The notes beneath the pieces were generated by a model, which did no database searches, was not told where the DNA came from, and saw only the letters and a program-made list of their open reading frames with translations. Made by a program: the position numbers and the translations under genes. Positions 43,251 through 58,810 of a DNA stretch of 64,000 nt are shown piece after piece. The stretch is from the human T2T-CHM13v2.0 reference genome, Homo sapiens. Numbering within the stretch: the first letter of the stretch is position 1; the number at the start of each line of letters is the position of its first letter. Where the stretch lies: NCBI RefSeq assembly GCF_009914755.1, contig NC_060936.1, one strand, 5' to 3'.

Positions 43251-43603
43251 TGTATTCATCCATTTTCACACTGCTATAAAGAAATACCTGAGACTGGGTA
43301 ATTTATAAAGAAAGGAGGCTTAATTGACTCAAAATTCCACATGGCTGGGGAGGCCTCAGGAAACTTACAATCATGGCAGAAGGGGAAGCAGGCACCTTCT
43401 TCACAAGGCGGCAGGAGAGTGAGCGAGCACAGGGGAAATGCCAGATGCTTATATAACCATCATCTCTCATGAGAATTCCTTCAGTATCATGAGAACAGCA
43501 TGGGGGAAACTGCCCTCGTGATCTAATTACTTCTCTCCCTTGACACATGGGGATTACAATTCAAGATGAGATTTGGCTGGGGACACAGAGCCAAACCATA
43601 TCA
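43251..43603 (-). mobile_element. THE1 (C/D-like) MaLR solo LTR
   Basis: tgtatt...tacctgagactgggtaatttataaag...ggggacacagagccaaaccatatca. Confidence 0.93.
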
Positions 43604-44191
43604 CAGATCCTTTTTTTTTTTTTAAAGGAAATAGTGTGGCCTAGTGTAGATGACCTTGGAGCTCAGTAATCAGTCCGCCTGAATGTGAGGTAACTCTCCA
43701 TCTCTTACTAGCTGTCTGATCATAATCTCACCTCCTCGTGCCTAACTTTCCCCATTTGTACAATGGGGATCATAGATTGTTGCAGGCATCTGAGACCTAC
43801 TCTTGCTGTTTATAGAATAGCCATTTTTCAGGGCAGCTGTACTATCCCTATTTTACAGACATAGAGGAAGAAAACATTGGTTGAATGAAGGTTCAGAGAC
43901 TGCTTATATCACGCAGGTAAGAGTGGCAGCACCAGGACTTGAACCCAGGTCTGGCTGACCCTAGAGCCCATGCAGACGCCAGTGGGAAGCCTCAATGTGA
44001 GAATGAATTGAGATCCGAGGTTCTTGCTCGGATCAGGTTGGGTGGCCTGTTGAGTGTTTATATAATAATAGAATTCCACTACCATGTCCGTAGCTCTTAA
44101 AGGTTTATACAACAGTTCTACTTGGTTAACTCACTTGGCTCTCCCAGGAGACCTGGAAAACGGGCAGGGCCAATACAGACTCCTTTATTTT

Positions 44192-44657
<466 letters not shown>

Positions 44658-44789
44658 TGAATTGTAGGCTTTTGCATGTCACCTTTAATGTCTTTTTAAA
44701 AATCTGCTCTCTTAAAAGCCAAAACTGAAAACCAAAAAATGTGAGCCAATCCTAAGCAATAATATCAGTGAACTCATGGTTTGATATTC

Positions 44790-44990
44790 TTTCACCAAAT
44801 ATTTATTGAGCACGTAGTATGTACCTGACACTGTTTTAGGTACTGGGAGTACTTCAGTGCACCAGAAGAGAAAACCTCTGATCATAGAGTAAGGAGAGAC
44901 ACACAATGAATGAATTAATAAATGTATACAGTATTAGTTGGTGATATGTGATGTGAGGTAAAATAGAGCAGATGAAGGCAACAGGGTAAT
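44790..44990 (-). mobile_element. L2 3' end
   Basis: ttcaccaaatatttattgagcacgtagtatgtacctgacactg. Confidence 0.75.
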
Positions 44991-45914
44991 AACTATATAC
45001 ATAAATTTTCGGATGCACATGAAATCAATGCATACCTGTGAGAATAAAAATGTCCTTTCAGGTACCATCTGGATTTGTCTTATACCACCAGGATTATGTG
45101 AAATACATAGTGCCCTTTGGAAAACCTTCAAGCAGCCCCAGGAAGGTGGATCAGGTGGGAATACCCTTTATTTTTACTGAGCAAGAAACAGGTTCTGAGA
45201 AGTGCGGTGATTTTACCAGGCTTACGTAGCCAGAAGGTGCTAGAATTGGGCCCTCTGATTCCGTCTCCTGCCTCCGTCATTTTCTAAATTGGATACACAT
45301 TCTACCCTGAAAGAGTTTAAACTTACAACTAACCTAATTTCCCCATGGAGCTGGACTGCCCATCCACATCTGACTTGGTGCTTAGCCTCACACGTGTGGA
45401 CTGGTGGCATTTCCCAGCATCCTTGGACAGTAGGACGGGTTGCAATTGATCGCCCTGTTGCCTTTGCTCCCCTGACCAGCCTGAGCCACTGCCAGAGATA
45501 AACTTGCTAATATTTCAGGGTGGAGATAGCATCTTTCCAACTATCTTCCTTAATAAGCTTCCAGTCACTGGAGATGGTGATAACCTTATCTCCTTTTACA
45601 GATGTTCCTACCTGCCTCCCAGCTCCTCATTCAGTTGGTTTCCCCAGGGGCTAGAATCCCACCATCTATTCAGGGTGAAAAACAAAACAGGACTCCCTAC
45701 TTACAGAATGGGCATTGGTAACATGCTGTTTCTTTGAAGAATGAGTGCCCCATTCAAAGACGTTGTCTTGTTTGGCCTCAAAATATCTTCCTCTCATGTG
45801 AGGTATCCAGGGTTGATCTATTTCACTTGGGAAATATGAAGCTCAGAGAGGCCAAGTGACCTGCCTAAGGTTGCACAGCATAGGTGGAGAATAGCCTTGA
45901 AATAAGATAGGCGG

Positions 45915-46213
45915 GGCCGGGCACGGTGGCTCATGACTGTATTCCCAGCACTTTGGGAGGCCGAGGCAGGTTGATCACCTGAGGTCAGGAGTTCAAGACC
46001 AGCCTGGCCAACATGGTGAAACCCCATATCTACTAAAAAATACAAAAATTAGCCGAGTGTGGTGGCAGGGGCCTGTAATCCCAGCTACTTGGGAGGCTGA
46101 GGCAGAGACAATTGCTTGAACCTGGGAGGCAGAGGTTGCAGTGAGCCAAGATCGCACCACTGCACTCCAGCCTGGGTGACAGAGTGAGACTCCATCTAAA
46201 AAAAAAAAAAAAA
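45915..46213 (+). mobile_element. AluSx
   Basis: Full dimer; TSD agataggc. Confidence 0.95.
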
Positions 46214-46611
46214 GAGATAGGCAGGATAACCTCAGGGCTGTTATGAAGACAAAATTAACACCGGTTATGAAAAAGAGCCTGGCAACAAGATATTGCCAAA
46301 TGTTAATGCGCTCACCCTCCTGGGTGAACCCCACTGTGTCAGGCCCAGAAATGGTACGCTGTTATGGTTATCTTTATTAATAGTAGTGGAATTGTCTTCA
46401 AATATGAAGGATTAGGAGATCACTGGGGTTTGTCATGTCTCCTGTGGTGATGCAGGAAATATCTGTTGATGGATTGAGAAGGCATCCCCAGCAAGGTCAG
46501 GAAAATAATAATCCTTGCTACCATTTATTAAGCACTAACCATACAGCAGTCATGGCACTAAGTACTCTATAAAAGTATTTTTTAAATTAAAATTATACAG
46601 ACAATTTAGAC

Positions 46612-46803
46612 CAGTGGTTCTCAACTGAGTTGAAGGAGGGCAATGCGTGGGGATATTTTTGCTTGTCACAGCTGAGGATTGGGGAGGGTTGCTCTCAGCC
46701 TCTGGTGGGCGGAGGCCAGCATCCTACATGGTCCAGGACAGCATCACACAACCCAAAATTATCTGTTTCCAAATCTCAATGGTGCCGAAGTTGAGAAATC
46801 GTA
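46612..46803 (+). mobile_element. MER20 hAT-Charlie DNA transposon
   Basis: cagtggttctcaac ... gttgagaaatcgta; 8-bp TSD atttagac/gtttagat. Confidence 0.8.
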
Positions 46804-47634
46804 GTTTAGATTCAAATAGTTCTACAAAACACGTTGCATAACATAGCAGTTTCTCAGCCCCTATCTCCCTTTCCTCTCCTTAAAAGCAACCACTTTTGCC
46901 TACTTGGTGGGTTATTTTATTTACCTACACTTCTCTAGGTAGCCTGCTTTTTCTTGAGATTTCCTGATTACTCCATCCTGGACATGATCTATTGGCTTCT
47001 CACTATGAAAAGTGTGAAATTAGCTCTCCCTTCTCTGCCCCCAGCTGTTCCTGCCCATAGATAAGACCTCCCCCACCCCAGCCACAGCTACAGATCTGTG
47101 GTAATTTCTGTTGGATCAATATTCAGTGTTTACATTACTCTAACTGTAAACGATGTTTGCTATGAATGTTGCAGTCAACTCAGAAGACTTTTCCCTTGTA
47201 CAAAACCTTTTGTTCTCTCTGAAGTTAATAATTGCCTTGTTTTTCCCTTGGCTTCATTTTCTATGTACTTTCTACTCACTCAACCCTCAAATCTATGCCA
47301 ATTGTCTAAATCTCCTTTCAAGATATTCAGATCCATCAGGGAGAAAAATCTATCAAGTTGGCCTCTCAGAAGGAGTCTCTCCCAGAACAGGCTGTTTTGC
47401 AGGAATTGTTTTTATGTAAGACTCACAGCAAGCCTATTAAGCAGGTGTTATTATCATCATCATTTGACACCTGCGGAGTTGGTCCTCGGGAGGTCATTTG
47501 GGTGCTTAATATGACACAGCAAAATGTGGAGGAGTTGAGACTTGATCCCAGGACTGTGTGACCCCATAACCTTTGGATTCCTTATGTCCCAGAAGATCAC
47601 TCTAGGAGAAAGCCCTTTTAAAATACCTCCTCTA

Positions 47635-47941
47635 GGTTGGGTGTGGTGGCTCACAGCTGTAATCCCCGCACTTTGGGAGGCCAAGGCGGGTGGATCACTT
47701 GAGGTCAGGAGTTTGAGACCAGCCTGATGAGCATGGTGAAACCCCATCTCTACTGAAAATACAAAAATTAGCCGGGCATGGTGGCGCACGCCTGTAGTCC
47801 CAGCTACTAAGGAGGCTGAGGTGGGAGAATCACTTGAAACCTGGGAGGTGGAGGTTGCAGTGAGCAGAGATCACACCACTGCACTCCAGCCTATGTAACA
47901 GAGTGAGATCTTGTCTTGGAAAAAACCAAAACCAAAACAAA
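47635..47941 (+). mobile_element. AluS
   Basis: TSD acctcctcta at 47625-47634 and 47942-47951. Confidence 0.95.
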
Positions 47942-48573
47942 ACCTCCTCTAAGTAGACTGTGATCTGCCTCAATGAAACCATAGTAGCTTATTCATTTCT
48001 GTATCTGTAGCACCCACCACAGGGCCGGGCATCAGGCAGGACTCTGAGTACTACTTGTTGATGAATAAATGAAGAATTTGGAGAGGCAGTGAGAGGAGGG
48101 CACAGTGCTTCTCAATGGGGAATCAGAGGAGGTGGGGCGTGATCTAGGAACTGGGGGCAAGTTGTTTAACCTCACCAGCCTCAGTCTCCTTGTCTGTGAA
48201 ATGGAGCTGAGAATATCTGTTTCACAGGGCTATTTGCATGCAGCCAGAAAAAGCAACTGCTCAGGAATCTGGAAGACATTGCACAGAAGATACAAGGGCA
48301 CATTTGTGATTATGTATTTCTGTGAAGCTTCTCCTTTCCTTCTTCCCTTCCTTCTTTTCTTGTAAGTGAAACATGGTATAATTAATTTAGAAAGGAAAAA
48401 GAAATGCCTCATACTGGAGAAAAAGATATAACTCAAGCTAGTTCTAATATGATAAAATATTTATATTAACGTGTCATGAAAATGGATTTGCTCTTCTCTT
48501 GCCTGGTGTCATTAATGGGTAGATATGTAACATCTTATTTTCTTGCCTCTTTTTTTTTCTCTCTCTCTTCTAG

Positions 48574-48589
48574 CAATGTATAGATTCAA
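48574..48589 (+). other. Candidate 16-nt micro-exon
   Basis: Long polypyrimidine tract + TAG acceptor, CAATGTATAGATTCAA, then GTGAGT donor, in unique sequence; no transcript evidence. Confidence 0.35.
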
Positions 48590-48619
48590 GTGAGTATGAG
48601 GAAACCATTTTTCATGAAT

Positions 48620-48830
48620 GATAATAACAGAAGACATTTATTTAGTGCTTACTATGTGCCAGTCACAATTGCAAGCCCTTCTACGCATTCAGTCATTTAA
48701 TTCAAACCATAACTCTAGGAGGTAGGTGCTGTCATGATTCCCATTTGACAGATAAGGAAACCTAGGCACACGCTGTCCACTGGTTCCCACTCATACATTC
48801 TGACTCCAAAGCCCTTGGCTGCTAACCACT
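48620..48830 (-). mobile_element. MIR SINE
   Basis: catttatttagtgcttactatgtgccag...cccatttgacagataaggaaacctaggcac. Confidence 0.8.
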
Positions 48831-49340
48831 CCCTTCTGCCATCTTTAGTTGCTGTGCACCTTCAAATTTGCAGCTTTCAAATAGAGGCAAAGTGTCTTGT
48901 GGCGTTTTACTGGGGAAAGACACCTAATAGCCAAAGCCCTTTCAGCTTGCAGTAAGTAGATGTACCAAGAACTCTGAATTTCTGCAGTGTGGATTTTGGG
49001 TGATGATGTAGGTTTTCTAGCCAGGAATGGAGAAATCCCAGAAATTCATTTTCAGTAAGGTTTTCTGTCTTGGCGGTGCAACATTGGCACCAGCGCAACA
49101 ATAGTGGATACAGGAGTCCCTGGAGAAGACCTGGGACAGTCAGTCCCTGTGAAGCCAGTTCTGCTGTTGTAGGAACACGCCTTCTTGGTTCTCAGACCTT
49201 TACTCCCTGGGATCTTCCTTCTCTGCCTTGCAGCTTTACTGTCAGCTCTTCCTAATTGTGAAGTGTGTGATCCCGTGAAGATCTCAGGATCACAATCAGG
49301 CTGTGGTGGAGCTCCCAGACCCACAGCTGCCCTGGGGGCG

Positions 49341-49934
49341 AACACATGCACAAATGCACATGCACACATACAGACACACACACAGACACAGACCCACATG
49401 TATATACATATATACATACATAAACATGCACAGATACAGACAGACATACAGAGACACACACAGACATGTATACACATAGACACAGGCATACATAGATACA
49501 TATACATACACAGACATACAGACAGATACATCTACAGATAGAAACATACAGACACATAGAGAGGGACACACACACAGGCACACATAGACACATAGACACA
49601 GATACACACAGAAAGACACAGATACAGACATAAAAACATACACAGAAACACACAGATGCACAGACACACATGTATCTACATACAGCCACACACACAGATA
49701 CACACATAGACATACATATACAACTTACAAACATACACACACAGACACACACATATACATATGCAGACACATACACATATACATACACAGACACACAGAG
49801 ACAAACACAGGCAGAAACATACAGACACACAGATACATACAGAAGGACTCATAGACACATGCATACAGACATACACAGATACAGAGACATACAGACACAC
49901 ACAAACAGACACACAGAAACCTACAGACACACAC
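49341..49934 (+). repeat. Degenerate (CA)n/(CACAGA/CATA)n array, about 590 bp
   Basis: Directly visible; explains the overlapping CV/HT-rich ORFs. Confidence 0.98.
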
Positions 49935-50277
49935 CCCTCTGCCCATTTGTTTCATTTACTGTCTGTTTAATCACAATATCCGCAGCCTTCAGTTTCAGGT
50001 ACTGGCACATAGTAGGTGCTCAACAAGTGTCTGTTGGATGAATAAGCGCATTAGCGGTTCAGTTATTCTCTCTTTGCCCTGTCCCTGAATATTCTGGTAC
50101 TTGTTCTCTTGGCTTGCCTAGATGCAGTTGGAAAAGAGAACCAGAAGGGATTCCTGCAATCATTTCGGGTAGATGCCAAGCTCCTCAGCGTGGCTTGTAA
50201 AGTCCTTTGCGATGTGGCTCCTGCCAACTTCTCCTGTCTCATTCCCCAAAGCCCTCTGATGTGGCCAACGCCACTCT

Positions 50278-50458
50278 CAGTGGTTTTTAATCTTTTCCAA
50301 GACACAGATTTCTTAAGGAGCTGATAAAAGCTGTAGACCTTCTCCAATATGTAGTCACCTGCGCATTCAAACAATGTTCTGGATTTAATTTTTGGGGATC
50401 CCTAAGGCCTGTTTATGGATCTCCAAGGAGTACACAGGACCCAGGTTAAGAACCACTG
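50278..50458. mobile_element. hAT-Charlie MITE (MER117-like)
   Basis: TIRs cagtggtttttaa ... ttaagaaccactg. Confidence 0.7.
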
Positions 50459-51292
50459 TACTGTCATATTATTTGAGGGTACAGGGCTAGGGAAACCCAG
50501 AAAGGGAAAATGACTTGCCTAGGGTCATGGATGACAGAATTGGAACCGAGAACCCAGGTCTCTGGATCTCAAGTTCAGAACTTTCTCCCTTTCCTCATCC
50601 TGTGTTGATGAATGAATGCCATGTAATTAGTTAATACGATGAACAATTAAATCAGACAATCCCCTCAGCCTTCTCCATTGATCAAACCCTCAGCCTTGGC
50701 AGCTCCATCGGGTGCTCAAATACCAGTGGTTTCTGGAGTATAGCATTCTTCCTTGTAGTTTGGTATTTTCTTGATGATTATAAATGGGAGTGATTACAGG
50801 AAAGTCCTGTTGGCTGTTTCACTGAGCACCTGCCACGTCACTGAGACAGCTCTTCCTCTAACTTGCAATCCAGTTTGAGATCAGGAGAGCACCCAAAATA
50901 TATGTTATTTGTCCTTACCGTTTGACCTGCTATGTTCAGAACTCTTGGGTCAGGAGCATGTGGTCACCTGGTTCCTCGGTGTTCCTATATCTTCTTTAAT
51001 GGATCCACCATTTTCCCAGTTTCCTAAAGCAGAAACCAAGGCATCAGCTGACACATCTCTCTCCTCATCCCTTTCGTCTAATCCATCACCAAGACTCGTT
51101 TCTTTTTGCCATGCATCCAATCTATGCACTTCTGTCATTTTTGCCACCACCACTTTCACAAACCAGGTCACCATTATCTGTAGCCTGGAGAATGGCCACA
51201 GCCTCCCCTGGATCAATGACCTGCTGAGATATTAGCTAGGAGGCACTGTTCTTTTCACTTTTCACCATCCTCTGTTTGGGCCAGAAATGTGC

Positions 51293-51940
<648 letters not shown>

Positions 51941-52102
51941 TAATTACATCCCCCAGGGAGTGGGTGGCAGAAGAGAAGCTGAAAATAAGGGTGATGATTT
52001 ATCAGCTTTTAAATTCAAAATAGTGATCCAGCTGTGAGACAGAAAGATTAAAGAACTCAACATCAGCCAGACCAAATTTCCCTTCCTCCAGCTCTAGTGA
52101 CT

Positions 52103-52402
52103 AGAGGCAAGGTAGGGAGAGAGCTGGAAGAGGAAAGGAGGGGAGAGAGGGAAAGAGAGAGGACAGAAAGGAAAAGAGAGAGAGGGACAGAAGGAGAAGA
52201 AGAAAGAAAGAAGGAAAGACAGAAAGGAAGGAAAAAAAGGAGGAGCATGAGAAGGAAAAAGAGGGAGAAAAAGAAGAAAAGAGGGAGAGATGAAGGAAGG
52301 TGTAGTGGGGAGAGAAAGGAGGTAGGGGGAGAAGAAGGAGACGAAGAAGGAAGAGCAGGGAGGAAAAAAAAAGAGAGGAAGGAAGGAAGAGGGAGAGACA
52401 GA
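52103..52402 (+). repeat. GA-rich polypurine low-complexity tract
   Basis: About 300 bp almost entirely A/G; a shorter tract lies near 52610-52685. Confidence 0.95.
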
Positions 52403-53562
52403 ACATTTTACCTAAGTGTGCTTGTTGCACCTCCTTGAGTTGAATACTGGTAGCACCACTTGAAGTATAGAGATCCAAGGTTGGGGCACTTGTGTCTATT
52501 GGGCCCCCTCTGATACGCTGATCATCAGCAGCCTTGCTCTCTTCAATGGGGACAGAGCTACGGATCAGGATGGCTGTGAGGAGTGTTGGACAGAATGAAG
52601 GTGGCCCCAGAGGGGATGGGAAAGGAACCAGTTGAGGGGAAGGAGGGAAAGAGGGATGGAGAGAGAGGGAGAGAGAGAGAAGGCTGGTCCCGGGATGAAG
52701 GCACTTGTGTAGCAGAGGATGTGTAGATGAGCCAAACAGATGAGGACCAAAGGAAGATGCCACTCTGTCTCGTGGAGATCAGTGTATTGCAGAAGACCAG
52801 AAGGGACATGCTGCATCCAGGGCAGGGCAGGGCAAGGCAGAGGCAGATAAAGAGTGAAAGGAGAAGCCCTTCCCCACACAGAACATTGGGCTGGGGTGTG
52901 CATGAGTTCCCTGGAGTGGAGCAGGGAGAAAGAGGGGGATGAAGAAGGTGAAGGAGAATAATTATACCAGATGTAACTGAGTAGTAACCAGCAGATTTAT
53001 CTCCTTCAGGATGAACACAGGCTAGGTGTCAGAAATTCAACTAGGTTCCAGAAAATAAGGTAGCTTTATTTTTGGATGCTCGAGTCTCCCTTGGGGCCAT
53101 GAATATGCTATGGTTGTGCTACTCAAGCTGTCACTGACGAACTGGTGACAGTCAGCAAACTGTTACTGGTCCACAATGACTAAGTAATTGGGAGTGTTTG
53201 GAAACTTTCGTAGTGATTTGACATTGCTGCAACATCCCAGTGAATTTTGCTCTATTTTACAAAAGTAAAATATAACAGGTATGTGATAAAGGTAAGGTAA
53301 CAGGTAAGGCATGTGATGAATTGGGGGGAAATAGTCCTTCTTGACAGATAGTCTGAGATGCACTGCACTGGGTTGCCAAGTGAATTCTCTCATTCCACAC
53401 AGGTTTCTTTCTAATCTGCTTTCCTGAGCAGTCTTTCTAAAATGCACACAGGATCCTGAGACGCCTCCATTGACAACCCTGCAGTGACTTTTCTCATGTC
53501 CTTTTGGATAAGGACCAATGTCTTTACACTGGCCTGCCTCACTCTGCATCACCTGGTCCCTG

Positions 53563-54080
53563 CGTAACCGTAATAGGTTCCTCACCCGACATGCATGGCA
53601 AATCAATACACCAAGACACTGAATGGCAGCAGAAAAAGAGGTTTAATCATAGGGCTGCCAAATGAGGATATGGGAGGAAACCTCAAATCTGTATCCAAGG
53701 AGAAGTTTGGGGCTGGCATTTTTAAGGGTATTGGTGTGGGCTGGTGTGTGGATCGTGGGCTGGTGGAAGAGTGCTGGGTGAAGTCATGGGTCAGGGAGAG
53801 GAAGCAGCTGTATTCTCATGCTGATCCTGTTCCCCCTTGAGAGTCTTCAAACTGGTTGCTGGAATTAGGGATCACATCTTAAGGGATCCTTAAACAAAAG
53901 CCTGATGATCCTAATGTCAGAGATTCCATCTGTAGGAACAATGGGGATGCATTGGTCGGTATGTAGTGCTACATATGGCTTTTGGTTACGAGGAAGTGGG
54001 TCAGAGTGCAGCCTGATTAATGCTTAATTATAACTACATTTCTGTCCAGAATTCTTGTTATCCCTGTGAGGACAGCTTCA
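53563..54080 (-). mobile_element. ERV1 solo LTR (MER66-like) inside an L2 relic (about 53380-54540, +)
   Basis: cgtaaccgtaataggttc ... cagcttca termini; 4-bp TSD cctg at 53559-53562 and 54081-54084. Confidence 0.75.
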
Positions 54081-55094
54081 CCTGCTCACCTCTGCAACCT
54101 CTTCCCTTTTCTCTTTCCCTGGCCCCTCTCTGCTTCCTGGTCACACTTCCTATTACAGCTCCTCACAGGCACCAAGTTTCTTCCCACCCCAGGGTCTTTG
54201 CCTGTGAGCTACCCTCTGCCTGGCATGCTTTCCCCCTCCATCTTGGTGGAGTTAACTCCCCTTCTGCCTTCAGATCACAGCTCAAGAATCCCCTCCTCAG
54301 AGAGTCCTTCTCTATCCCCTGGACTATTTGAGGGCCCTGCTTCTAGCCTTACACCTCTTACTTACTTGGAAGTGCCTATAAGTAACATGTAGTGTGTCTA
54401 CCTCCCCTTCAGGAGGTGTGTAATCCCCAAGAGGGAAGAGGCCTTCTGTCTTTTGTTTACCACCATTTCCCGCAGGCCAAATCCAGCTCTAGGTCCTCAG
54501 GAAATATTTGTTGAATGAATGAACGAATAAATGAATGCAACATCCAGAGCTCCCAGGATGGGTGTTTGAGATTATAAAGTGTGTTTTTTGGAGATCGGGC
54601 CTTTATTTAGTAAAATCGTTCCCATGCCTCGTTTTTCTGCCCCAAACCTGGCAGCTTGTCCCAAGCTCCTGCTGATAAATCATTTTATTGGCACAGCTGG
54701 ACAGGAAAGGACAGAATGAGTAATGGGAGTCGGGCACCATGTCGTGGACAAAGGCCCGAGTTGACATGGTAACAACAGGCAGACCGATGTGGCCCAGGCA
54801 GTAGTCTGGCCTCTGGACAAGTCGGAGAATAGGCCCCAGGTCATTTCTCCTTTGTGCTTGGAAGCCTGAAAGGGCCGGGGAGGGGAAGGAGGGAGGGGCC
54901 TGGTGGAAACTTGCTTCTCCCTGCTGCAGGGTGGAAACAGCTTTGGCCAACAGTAGTAGTGCCCTGTGTTTTGGGGTATGAAAATTTGATATTTGTTTTC
55001 CACATATAATATATGTATTATTAATTAAAATATTATTTTAGATGTTATTTTGCACCATTTTTTAAATTGCAAAAGTGCTTTTAACACGAGCCGT

Positions 55095-55330
55095 CATGGA
55101 TGGCCATGTGTGGTTAGACATAAAGACCTGGGAACCCACCGACCTGGGTTCAGAATCTGACTCCATCCCCTATCAGTTTTGGGAACATGGGCAAGTTACT
55201 TAATCTCTGTGTGCTTTCATTTCCTCACGTGCAAAGTGGAGATAAGGACGGAATCTACTCAGTAAGGCTGCTGTGAGGATTACATGAGACAATGCATGTC
55301 AGGCACTTAGCATATAGTCAACAATAATAT
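55095..55330 (+). mobile_element. MIR SINE
   Basis: gacctgggttcagaatctgactcc...gggcaagttacttaatctctgtgtg. Confidence 0.85.
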
Positions 55331-55477
55331 CTGATTTGATAAGAACAGTGAACCAATTTAGAAGTAAATGAAGAAGGAAAGTCTATATTTCCCAGCCCAT
55401 TTTCCATTTTCTAACATGTGAGTTCTCTCAGCTGTGTGTCTGCCCAGGTGTTTAAGCTTCTGCAAACATATACGGGT

Positions 55478-55639
55478 TAGGACTGGCATAAAGGGGAGGT
55501 AAATGAGGTGCCCAGGGCAAAAAATGTAAGGATGTGCTCATTCTCAGGTGCCAGCCCTGCATTTTATAGACCTGCAGGGAGCAGCGCCTTCAGTTTTGTG
55601 TCCCAGATACCTCACTCATCTCACCCTAGACCAACCCTG
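55478..55639. mobile_element. Palindromic hAT MITE (MER96-like)
   Basis: Arms ggggaggtaaatgaggtgcccagggcaaaaa / ttttgtgtcccagatacctcactcatctcacccta are imperfect reverse complements. Confidence 0.65.
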
Positions 55640-55728
55640 ACACAGATAGGACAGAGACCTCTGCTTCTGATAACAGCCGACAAGGCAGTTTGAACCAATC
55701 CTCCCACTAGACAGTGTGAATAATAATA

Positions 55729-55735
<7 letters not shown>

Positions 55736-55779
<44 letters not shown>
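55736..55779. repeat. Perfect (TA)22 microsatellite
   Basis: Directly visible, abutting the Alu 5' end. Confidence 0.97.
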
Positions 55780-55780
<1 letters not shown>

Positions 55781-56076
55781 CTGGGTGCGGTGGCTCACGC
55801 CTGTAATCCCAGCACTTTGGGAGGCCATGGTGGGGGGATCACCTGAGGCCAGGAGTTTGAGACCAGCGTGGCTGACATGGTGAAACCCCATCTTTATTAA
55901 AAATACAAAAATTAGCTGCCTGTGGCGGTGGGTGCCTGTAATCCCAGCTACTCAGGAGGCTGAGGCACGAGAATCGCTTGAACCCAGAGGTGGAGGTTGC
56001 AGTGAGCTGAGATCACGCCACTGCACTCCAGCCTGGGCAACAGAGTGAGACTCTGTTCTCAAAAAAAGAAAAAAAA
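55780..56076 (+). mobile_element. AluS followed by a TA/CA compound repeat (56077-56200)
   Basis: Full dimer. Confidence 0.95.
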
Positions 56077-56204
56077 TATGTATGTGTATTCACACACATA
56101 TTTGTATAAATATATACATATATAAATATATGTATGTATACACACGCATACACACAGACATATATGCACACAGATGCACAGACACACATACACACACACA
56201 CTAC

Positions 56205-57345
<1,141 letters not shown>

Positions 57346-57649
57346 AGCTCTCCTTATTTGGCCTCACAGTGGGAGAACTATCTCCCTACCAACTCACCCT
57401 ATGTGGAGGATTAGGAATCATCTGACACCACAAAACTTTACTCACTATGCTATGGCTGCCTTCTTTTATAGTCTAGGAAAAGGCAGAAGCATGGAATGAG
57501 AACTGGGGGTGGGAGGGTCAGGTTTACTTCTCTTGGTAAGCCTCTGAGATAGATGTCTGAGCTCAAAGTTGGGTGGGCTCTTTTTAAAACACAGAGGTAC
57601 TCAAGATATCTTTGGTGTCAGCTTTGGGCCCTAGTCACAATTCTGGGGC

Positions 57650-57959
57650 ATTGGTTCATTCAGTTGACGTACATCTGTTGACAACCTACAAATGTGCTGG
57701 GCACTAGGAATATAACAGATTTTAAATTTGTCTTCATGACATATTATGATGGAGTAAGACAACAACAAACAAAAGAAACAAAATGTTCGTTATGTCAGAT
57801 GGTTATAAGTGCTATAGAGAAAAGTGAGCAGGGAAGGGGAAGAGGGAGTGTTGGAATTTTAAATAAAGTAAGCAGAGATCACCTTACTGAGAAGGTAGCA
57901 GTTGAGCAAAAATCTGAAGGAGGTAAGAGAGTGAGCCAGGCCGACGTTGGGAGGTAGAG

Positions 57960-57960
<1 letters not shown>
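57650..57960 (-). mobile_element. L2 3' relic
   Basis: ttcattcagttgac...cctacaaatgtgctgggcact...tactgagaaggtagcagttgagcaaaaatctgaagga. Confidence 0.75.

Positions 57961-58810
<850 letters not shown>

Noticed and set aside
52097-52763. R/E/K-rich 113-aa and S/F/L-rich 220-aa ORFs
   Set aside because: Produced by the polypurine tract
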